Assembly: GCA_017416765.1 (NCBI GenBank)
Contig: JAFQBE010000003.1
Span: forward strand, 199-64,198
Length of the DNA stretch: 64,000 bases
DNA from: Clostridia bacterium
Lineage (GTDB): Bacteria > Bacillota > Clostridia > Oscillospirales > Acutalibacteraceae
Direction of reading: 5' to 3'
Shown here piece after piece: positions 27,983-34,785 of this stretch (within the stretch, counting starts at the first letter, position 1; every line of letters starts with the position of its first letter). The notes beneath the pieces are model-generated. The model searched no databases. It was not told the DNA's origin and saw nothing but the letters and a program-made list of their open reading frames with translations. Both the position numbers and the translations under genes were made by a program.

Positions 27983-29578
27983 TTACATCATCTTCTGAAG
28001 TCTTTCGAGATATTCCTTAGATTCGCTCATGTTAGACTTACCGAAGTGTTTGTTCAGGTATGTGATAAGACCCTGGATTTCATCGCGGATGAAAGAAAGG
28101 TTGAGTGATTCAAACTTACGAAGAATCTTATGACAGAGAACGAAATCAAGACCGTCGATTTCTGTACCACCGCAGCCTACATACGCGGGAACAAAATCCT
28201 GCAGCTGCTTAACGATACGGTTACCGAATGCAAGACGGAAATGTTCAATAACATAGTCGTCAAGTTCTGCAAGCTTGCGAAGGCTTTCTTCGGAAACCTT
28301 ATATTTCTGCTTACATTCATCAAACATTGATTCGAGATGCTTGTAGCTGAGTGTAAGGTTATCGGTCCAGGGAGCCTCAAAGAACTTACCCTTTGTGTTA
28401 ATATCAATCGGGATAGCACGGTCATAAACCTTATCGGTAACGGCGAAGGTCGAGTCGTCGTTATTGATTGTGCCGATGTACCACATGTTGTCGGGAAGCT
28501 TGAGCTTACCGTCGAACAGATGCTTGGGGTCAGTAGGCCATACGGAGGGAACAAGAGAAACAATCCATTCGTCACGGCTGGGCATTTCGAGAATTGAAAG
28601 CATTTCAGCGAAATAGTACTCAACACGTGCGATATTCATTTCGTCGAGGATGGTAAGATAAATATCTTCTTTGTATGTAGCTTCATACATCTTTTTGAGA
28701 ACTTCAGTTTCGTTGAAGCGCTTGGTAAATTCGTTGAAGTAACCGAAAAGCTCGGTACGGTCACGCCATGACGGCTGAACGGAAGCGATAATAGCATCGT
28801 TCTGGAGGAACTTACCGAAAGAGTACGGAAGTGAAGTTTTACCTGTACCGGAAATACCCTGAAGGATAATCAGACGGGTTGAAGCAAATGCAGCAAGGAA
28901 AAGACGAAGGGTTCTGTGTTCATAGTAAAGACCCATACGGGAAGCTGCAAAGTTACGGTACATATCAATAATACCGGGAAGTGTGATTTCGTTATTATAT
29001 TCGGGCGGCTCATAGCCCTCCATTTCGATATCAACCTGCGTGAGTTTGTAGAAACGGCTATAGTCATCCGCTGTTCTTTCATCTACACCGTCAGCAGTGG
29101 TTGTTGTTTCGCCTTCTTCACCTTCAGCTGCAGCAACTGCCGCACCCGAAGAACCGTCTACAGCGGATTCGAGATAGGGGTTTTCGCCGGGACGAAGACC
29201 GAGCTGAGAAACCTTCATAGCAAGGATTTTATCCTTTTCAATTGAAAGCTTCATAATTTCGCGGTTGAGAGTGGCAACTTCATTGAGAAGCTCTTCCTGA
29301 TTAACAACCGTTTTACGGAAACGGATGTACTTCTTGATAAGAAGGGCAAGAAGTACAATAATGCCTGCAAGAAGTGCAAGCACAAGCAAGCAACAAAGTG
29401 CACCGAGGATAATACCGCCAACACCTAAAGTACCTGCATACTCTCTGAAAATTCTGACATATTTCGGAACATTGAAAATATTTGCAATGCCAAGACCGAA
29501 GCCTTTGATTATTCCCCAGAAGCCTTTAACAAAAAGCTGGTCAAGGAAATCACCGAGAAACTGGAAAATACCGCTCAT
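27983..29578 (-). CDS. membrane-anchored McrB-family AAA+ GTPase
   Basis: TM at aa 51-81 followed by KKYIRFRK; Walker A GISGTGKTS, Walker B LTILDEMN plus IARVEYYFAEMLSILE, and WYIGTINNDDS (NxxD box), as in McrB-type AAA_5 domains; AGGTGG 8 nt upstream of the ATG. Confidence 0.75.
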   Translation of the reverse strand: MSGIFQFLGDFLDQLFVKGFWGIIKGFGLGIANIFNVPKYVRIFREYAGTLGVGGIILGALCCLLVLALLAGIIVLLALLIKKYIRFRKTVVNQEELLNEVATLNREIMKLSIEKDKILAMKVSQLGLRPGENPYLESAVDGSSGAAVAAAEGEEGETTTTADGVDERTADDYSRFYKLTQVDIEMEGYEPPEYNNEITLPGIIDMYRNFAASRMGLYYEHRTLRLFLAAFASTRLIILQGISGTGKTSLPYSFGKFLQNDAIIASVQPSWRDRTELFGYFNEFTKRFNETEVLKKMYEATYKEDIYLTILDEMNIARVEYYFAEMLSILEMPSRDEWIVSLVPSVWPTDPKHLFDGKLKLPDNMWYIGTINNDDSTFAVTDKVYDRAIPIDINTKGKFFEAPWTDNLTLSYKHLESMFDECKQKYKVSEESLRKLAELDDYVIEHFRLAFGNRIVKQLQDFVPAYVGCGGTEIDGLDFVLCHKILRKFESLNLSFIRDEIQGLITYLNKHFGKSNMSESKEYLERLQKMM

Positions 29579-29611
29579 TTTGTAGCCACCTTTGCTGTAT
29601 TTTTTGAAAAA

Positions 29612-30481
29612 TTATTTATTTTCGCTGTCGTTTATTTCGTTTTGCTCTGTCTGCTGCTCTTCTGCAGCCTTTTGCTGTGCAAGGAACTCCGCGATAATTG
29701 CTTTTATCTTTGCTTCCTCTGCTTTTTCTTTTTCAGCCTGTTCAAGTTCTTTCTGCTTGGCTAAATATTCTTCGATAATCATTTGTTTTCGTGCTTCTTC
29801 TTCCTGCTGTTTTCTCAGGTATTCCTGAATAATAGCGTCTTTTTCGCTTTGAGCCGCAGGAGGGTAATACTGCGGCGGTACATTGTATGCCACAGCAGGC
29901 TGCTGATTGCCCTTTTTATCGAGGGCCAGCGAACGAAGATAGCCGAAAAGCTGCCATATAACTATTAATGCAGCGGGCAACACAATAAGGAGCATAACAC
30001 CTTGTGATGTTGCGGCAAAATCAAAGAATGCGCCAAGCTTTTCAACTCGTTTGCCTTGATACTGACCAAGAATTTTAGAGGAGGTAACATGTTTTTTATC
30101 GGGCTGGTCTGCATTATCGCCTTTTGTAACGTAGCTGACCGAACCGTTGCTTTCGATTACATCGTAAACCCTGTGGGTATTGATATACATTGAACCCGTT
30201 TTATCGTAAGCGAGGAAAGAAATTATATCGCCCACTTCATACCGATGGGTTTTAGGGTAGCGCTTAATGATAATCAAATCGTCGGGAAAGAATTCGTCTT
30301 CCATCGAATCACTCTGAACGGAAAGGAACGAATATCCGCCGAGATTTGCAACACCGGTTGACGATTTAACCGAAATTATAACCACCGCACAAATTACGAT
30401 TGAAAAAACTAATATCACAGATGAAACCACATTCATCGCGATATGAAATATTCTGTTGTCCAAAATATTGGCTTTTTTCAT
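29612..30481 (-). CDS. SipW-type (S26B) signal peptidase I with a ~105-aa charged C-terminal cytoplasmic tail
   Basis: VQSDSMEDEFFPDDLIIIK, NTHRVYDV and KGDNADQPD boxes; second TM GVMLLIVLPAALIVIWQLFGYL; tail carries three (A/M)II-x-E(Y/F)L-x-(K/Q)Q motifs. Confidence 0.8.
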   Translation of the reverse strand: MKKANILDNRIFHIAMNVVSSVILVFSIVICAVVIISVKSSTGVANLGGYSFLSVQSDSMEDEFFPDDLIIIKRYPKTHRYEVGDIISFLAYDKTGSMYINTHRVYDVIESNGSVSYVTKGDNADQPDKKHVTSSKILGQYQGKRVEKLGAFFDFAATSQGVMLLIVLPAALIVIWQLFGYLRSLALDKKGNQQPAVAYNVPPQYYPPAAQSEKDAIIQEYLRKQQEEEARKQMIIEEYLAKQKELEQAEKEKAEEAKIKAIIAEFLAQQKAAEEQQTEQNEINDSENK

Positions 30482-30527
30482 ATGCGTTTCCTTTGCGGGG
30501 TTAATATGTATTCAAGCGGCTTATAAA

Positions 30528-31400
30528 TTAAGCTGCGGGTTCTTCTTCACTTGATGAACCGAAGGAGATTTTAGCTGAAAGGTGCTTTGCGGAAAGCTTT
30601 TCACCTGTACAGTCAGCATCGTTACCTTCAATCCAGATGCGTACTATGATTTCATCAGAACCGGTATTACCGGAAATCTGCGGAAGCTCAAAAGTAGCTT
30701 CGTACTTGTTGATTTCTGCTTCGCTCGCTGTAAGCTGACCAACAATATTCTGAGTTGAAACATAAGAACCATTGAAGTTAGCATCTTCAGAATCAAGAAT
30801 GCTGTTGTTGTTTGAATCCTTAACAGTTGCAGCAGGAAGTTCGTTTGTAACAACTGCCTGTGCGCTGTCGCCTTCCATGGCGAATACTGTTGTCTGACCT
30901 TTATATGTAACTGAAACACGGGCTGCTTCAACAGCTGCGTTATCGCCATCGCGACCTGTAAGGGCGATGTTCATTCTGCCGTCAACAGTTTCTGTTGTTG
31001 TGGAACGGATTTTGATTGTAAGTTCGTTATAATCGCTGCCCTTTTCGGGTGTAAGGGAAGCGAAGTAGCCGCCTTCAAGACCGACCTTTGTGAAAGCTGC
31101 ACCGTCAGCGCTTGAAACAGGAGAATAGCTGCCGTCTTCTGCTATAAGCTCACCTTCTGCGAAACAGTCTCTCTGGAGATATGCGCCCCATTCAACTGTC
31201 TCTGTTTCTTCTGCGCCCATGTGAGCATGACCAGCGGAACCCTGAATTTCAATACCACCGCCGGCTTCAATAACATCGAAGCCCAGGTCGAACAGCTCTG
31301 CGAAGCCACCGACAAGGAACCAGGCGTATGTACCGGATACCATTGTTGTTGCGGCAACGATAAGAACGATGATAGACATTCCTAATTTGCGTTTTGCCAT
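30528..31400 (-). CDS. TasA-like fibre subunit candidate with SipW-cognate signal
   Basis: MAKRKLGMSIIVLIVAATTMVSGTYAWF signal; C-terminal VRIWIEGNDADC motif shared with 32909-33712 and 33845-34717. Confidence 0.7.
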   Translation of the reverse strand: MAKRKLGMSIIVLIVAATTMVSGTYAWFLVGGFAELFDLGFDVIEAGGGIEIQGSAGHAHMGAEETETVEWGAYLQRDCFAEGELIAEDGSYSPVSSADGAAFTKVGLEGGYFASLTPEKGSDYNELTIKIRSTTTETVDGRMNIALTGRDGDNAAVEAARVSVTYKGQTTVFAMEGDSAQAVVTNELPAATVKDSNNNSILDSEDANFNGSYVSTQNIVGQLTASEAEINKYEATFELPQISGNTGSDEIIVRIWIEGNDADCTGEKLSAKHLSAKISFGSSSEEEPAA

Positions 31401-31461
31401 TTTGTTTACCCTCTTTACTGAAATTTTTATTTAAGAGCAATGCGCTCTTGAATACTCTTTT

Positions 31462-31646
31462 GCGGACGGCCGATGGCCGCCCCTACGGTTTGGTTTGTTT
31501 CGGACAACCATAGGTCGCCCATAAGGTTTTGTTTTGCGGGCGATTCGTAAATCGCCCCTATGGTTTAATATTGTTATTAATATTATAAATATTTAGTTAA
31601 TACTATTCGGGATTTTTTCGCGGACGACCGAAGGCCGCCCCTACGA
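31462..31646 (-). repeat. four copies of a ~27-nt GC-rich hairpin repeat (consensus TTTGCGGACG-stem-loop-stem-CGCCCCTACGGTTT)
   Basis: Copies at 31462-31488, 31500-31527, 31536-31563 (about 37-nt spacing) and 31619-31646; 7-8 bp stems with 3-6 nt loops. Confidence 0.8.
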
Positions 31647-31648
31647 TT

Positions 31649-32617
31649 TTATTTATCAGATTCTTCGGCGGCTTTTTCGGCTTCCTGCTGTGCGAGGTAT
31701 TCAGCGATAGCCTGTTTTTTGAGTTCTTCCTCTTTAGCGGCCTTCTCAGCGGCAGCCTTTTCAGCCTCCTGCTGTTTGATATATTCTTCAACAGCCTTTT
31801 TCTTTATTTTCTCTTCTTCGGCTGCTTTTGCGGCGGCAGCTTTTTCAGCCTCCTGCTGCTTGATATATTCTTCAACAGCTTTTTTCTTTATTTCGTCTTC
31901 TGTTTCTTCCTTCTTTTCGGGTTCAGCCGGAGCCTGTGGCTTTTCTTCCGGCGCTTTTGCGGGAGCGGAATTGCTTTCAGCCTGATGTGCCTGAATTTCA
32001 GCCATCAAGCGCTGCTTGATTTCTTCTTCCGCATCCTTAACAGCAGCAACAGCTTTTTCTTTCTTTGCGTCCATAAGAGTTGAAATAAACTTGAACAGTT
32101 CAAAGAAGAAGAATATAGCGGTCGGAATAACTACGCAAAGCATGAAACCGAGCTGTGACTGGAGAAAATCCATTATTGTACCGAGTTTCGGAATTGCTAT
32201 ACCAGTCCAAACACCTATGATACTTTCACAGTTGATCGGGAACTCATCATGAGTAACGGTATTATCACCTTTAGTGGTATAATAGTTGTATGAACCATGC
32301 CATTCTTTTTCAATAATTCTATGGGTATCATAGTACATCTGCTGTTCATAATATGCAGTATATGTTACTACATCACCTACATTCAAATCATTAGCTTGGT
32401 CTCTATCCAATAATTCAATTACAATCAAAGAACCAACTGGAAAGCCTTCCGGTCCTTCCATTGAATCCGTTTGAACAGACATTATTGCCTTACCGAACAA
32501 ATTAGGAAGTTTTGCATCTCCTACCGTTGATGAAATAACTAATACAGTCATAACTATTGAAAATATTAAAATAATGGTTACAAAAACATTTCCAACAATT
32601 TTTCCTACTTTTTTCAC
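31649..32617 (-). CDS. SipW-type (S26B) signal peptidase I with a ~140-aa charged C-terminal cytoplasmic tail
   Basis: VQTDSMEGPEGFPVGSLIVI, DTHRIIEK and KGDNTVTHDEF boxes; second TM LGFMLCVVIPTAIFFFFELF; start set at GTG 32617 (GGAGG 9 nt upstream); the track ORF starts at a TTG at 32680. Confidence 0.8.
   Translation of the reverse strand: MKKVGKIVGNVFVTIILIFSIVMTVLVISSTVGDAKLPNLFGKAIMSVQTDSMEGPEGFPVGSLIVIELLDRDQANDLNVGDVVTYTAYYEQQMYYDTHRIIEKEWHGSYNYYTTKGDNTVTHDEFPINCESIIGVWTGIAIPKLGTIMDFLQSQLGFMLCVVIPTAIFFFFELFKFISTLMDAKKEKAVAAVKDAEEEIKQRLMAEIQAHQAESNSAPAKAPEEKPQAPAEPEKKEETEDEIKKKAVEEYIKQQEAEKAAAAKAAEEEKIKKKAVEEYIKQQEAEKAAAEKAAKEEELKKQAIAEYLAQQEAEKAAEESDK
31753..31894 (-). repeat. 84-nt tandem duplication within the peptidase tail coding region
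   Basis: 31753-31810 and 31837-31894 are near-identical (about 3 mismatches in 58 nt); they encode KKKAVEEYIKQQEAEKAAA twice. Confidence 0.8.
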
Positions 32618-32711
32618 TAAATTATTCCTCCGGATATTTAAAATTTGGGAGCAACTGTCATTTCGATTTTGATTATTCAATCAATATCCAAATCGCACCT
32701 GCTCAATCGGA

Positions 32712-32868
32712 GTCCGGTCGAATCGCGAAAACGACCGGACACCGTTTGTAGGGACTGCTAATCAGCAGCCAAAAGTACCTTTGTTAGCTAACAACTTAAT
32801 TTCGGGCGGTTCATTAGCCGCCCCTACGGGGGAGATATCGCATAGGGGTGAGTTGCCCACCCCTATGC
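32712..32868 (-). repeat. cluster of four hairpins in the spacer after the major subunit gene
   Basis: GTCCGGTCG-N11-CGACCGGAC (32712-32740); an inverted degenerate copy of the repeat family (32741-32775); a direct copy CGGGCGGTTCATTAGCCGCCCCTACGG (32803-32829); a perfect 11-bp palindrome GCATAGGGGTG-N7-CACCCCTATGC (32840-32868). Confidence 0.75.
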
Positions 32869-32908
32869 AAAAAGTAAACCTTTTAATTAAGAATAACTAA
32901 GTTATTGC

Positions 32909-33712
32909 TTATTTTGCAAGGTTAAGGCTAAGAGTGATGTTATCTGTATTTACAAGACCGAAACAGTCAGCATCCTGACCTTCTGCCCATACAAATACAT
33001 CGAAGGAAACCTTATTTGTTTCGCCTGTTGCACCTTCAGCAAATGTGTAGCTGATTGTCTGAGTAGCAGCTTCGCCAACTGTTACAGCTGTGCCAAGTGC
33101 AAGACCGTCGGTAGAAGCAGCAGCTTCTGATGCATCGATAATACCATTAGCGGGAATAGCGGAGTCAGCAGCTGTACCTGCAGCACCGATGGGTGTGTAG
33201 GTGTTGTCCTTAGCACCGAACAGTGTGTATGCACCGTTGTTAAGCATTGCACCGTAAACATAACCACTTGCAGATGTGAGAGTGGGAGTTACTGTAACTG
33301 TACAAGGAACTTCAGCATAAAGATAAACTGTGAACTTAATGTACTTGCCGTTAAGCTGGTCAGCAGATGCTTCAGAAGCATTGAGAACAGAGATTGCTGA
33401 ACCCTCAGCCTGAGCAAGGTTAGCGTTGAACCACTTCTTAGCAGTTACATCAAAAGAAACAGGAGTAAGGGCAGCGGGGAAGCTGTTGCCTGTAACAGCA
33501 CTGAGTGAAGTCTGTTCAAGGCTTGTGCCCCATGTGCCTGTTGCGCCTGTTGCTGAGATGTAGATAGAACCTGCATCGTTAGCTGTTGTTGCGGAAATGC
33601 CTGTAACAGAAGCTGTGTTAGCTGCTGCGAACCAAGCGTAGGTTGATGATGTGAGAACTATTGCAGATACCATGAGCATCGCAAGAGCTGCCACGAGTGA
33701 ACGTTTTTTCAT
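32909..33712 (-). CDS. TasA-like fibre subunit, candidate major subunit (SipW-cognate signal)
   Basis: MKKRSLVAALAMLMVSAIVLTSSTYAWF signal; mature part is very rich in A/T/S/G and poor in charge; C-terminal VFVWAEGQDADC motif; start set at ATG 33712 (GGAGG 8 nt upstream); structured spacers on both sides. Confidence 0.75.
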   Translation of the reverse strand: MKKRSLVAALAMLMVSAIVLTSSTYAWFAAANTASVTGISATTANDAGSIYISATGATGTWGTSLEQTSLSAVTGNSFPAALTPVSFDVTAKKWFNANLAQAEGSAISVLNASEASADQLNGKYIKFTVYLYAEVPCTVTVTPTLTSASGYVYGAMLNNGAYTLFGAKDNTYTPIGAAGTAADSAIPANGIIDASEAAASTDGLALGTAVTVGEAATQTISYTFAEGATGETNKVSFDVFVWAEGQDADCFGLVNTDNITLSLNLAK

Positions 33713-33844
33713 AGTTTTTTCCTCCATTTAAGAGTTAGTGTTTTTTTAGGGATTAGAAACACATTTTATCCAAAGTGTTTCGGACTTTATGCGGGGTTAA
33801 TCAAACGCTGTGACAAGGAAAAGCTTTATTAAGTCTCCCCCAAC

Positions 33845-34717
33845 TTATTGGGCTTCTTTGTCGAGAACCTCAAGGTTCATCTTGAGTTTGACTTCACCTC
33901 CCATAATGTCGTTAACACATTCAGGATCTTCGCCTTCCAGCCAGACGACGACAGTATATCTGTCACTTTCGTCTACCTTGAAGTTTCGGCGGATATGTTC
34001 CATGACTACCGTATCGGAGACAAAGTTTTTATCCGCTTCGAATGTTTCCTTTTTGTTTTCGGTACCTACCTGCGGTTTTGCGTAAACCGTAGGCTTACCG
34101 TTTATGAAAACCATGACGCGTATTGCTTCGTCAGCACCCTTGTAGGCTGTGACTACTTCAAGACTTGCCAGGTAATCAACCGTTGCATCCTCTCCGCCCG
34201 GAATTTCTTCGCCGGCGTTACGCACCGCAAAGGTATAGGCGAGGTAGTTGGTGCCGTTATGGTCACCGTAGACTTTATCAATTGCTTCGTAGCTTTCGTA
34301 AACCGGGTCATCACCAAGCTCACCGTTCTGGTTGAGTAGCCAATGCTTTGTTATGTTATCCATGTTTTCGATTGCCGAGCCGTAAAGCTGAAGCGTGGGA
34401 TTTTCAAACTTTTCGTTATCTGCAAGCTGGATACCGTAGAGGTTGCCCGCCATGCTGACCGTAAAACGGCCTGCGCTGTTGATAACCGAGGTACAGGCAT
34501 AGCCTATAGCAAGCAGTATCAACAAAATGCCGACGATAATAGCAAGAATACGGATTAACCAATTGCGCTTATAAACTTTTTCGGCAGAGGTATTAACATC
34601 GTACTTATCCATGCCGTCCGGACTGAGTGCCGGTATGTAAGGACCGCTGGCGCCGGGAACGAAGCCGTTGTTTACGGGCTGCTCGGCTGCGGCGGTTTCT
34701 TTTTTCTTTTTAGCCAT
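33845..34717 (-). CDS. membrane-anchored protein with a TasA-like extracellular domain (anchor/nucleator candidate)
   Basis: Cytoplasmic N-terminus MAKKKKETAAAEQPVNNGFVPGASGPYIP, TM WLIRILAIIVGILLILLAIGYA, C-terminal VVVWLEGEDPEC motif; start set at ATG 34717 (GGAG upstream); the longer track ORF reads into a hairpin repeat. Confidence 0.65.
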   Translation of the reverse strand: MAKKKKETAAAEQPVNNGFVPGASGPYIPALSPDGMDKYDVNTSAEKVYKRNWLIRILAIIVGILLILLAIGYACTSVINSAGRFTVSMAGNLYGIQLADNEKFENPTLQLYGSAIENMDNITKHWLLNQNGELGDDPVYESYEAIDKVYGDHNGTNYLAYTFAVRNAGEEIPGGEDATVDYLASLEVVTAYKGADEAIRVMVFINGKPTVYAKPQVGTENKKETFEADKNFVSDTVVMEHIRRNFKVDESDRYTVVVWLEGEDPECVNDIMGGEVKLKMNLEVLDKEAQ

Positions 34718-34750
34718 ATTTATCAACTCCGATGAATTAATTCGGGTTAT

Positions 34751-34777
34751 GCGGACGGCCATTGACCGCCCCTACGA
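34751..34777 (-). repeat. single copy of the GC-rich hairpin repeat
   Basis: GCGGACGGCCATTGACCGCCCCTACGA, between the EAL gene stop and the next start. Confidence 0.75.
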
Positions 34778-34785
34778 AAGGTAGA

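Noticed and set aside
25751-29578. Reading the McrB-like/McrC-like pair as a type IV (McrBC) restriction system or defence island
   Set aside because: There is no DNA-binding N-domain on the GTPase (it has a TM anchor instead). There is no PD-(D/E)xK-like region in the partner. The pair is embedded mid-operon among envelope genes, and no other defence or mobile genes lie nearby.
31462-31646. CRISPR array
   Set aside because: The repeats are ~27 nt, imperfect, strongly palindromic and separated by only ~10 nt (one gap is ~55 nt). There are no cas genes in the window. The units match a dispersed REP-like family.
31462-32868. Hairpin repeats acting as ordinary rho-independent terminators ending the operon
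   Set aside because: On the sense (minus) strand none is followed by a U-tract, and genes with good RBSs continue immediately downstream. A role in stabilisation, processing or attenuation is more likely.
34718-34762. N-terminal extension MAVRITRINSSELIN of ORF 33845-34762
   Set aside because: It is encoded by the hairpin repeat itself. A GGAG RBS precedes the internal ATG at 34717, which starts a typical Lys-rich membrane-protein N-terminus.
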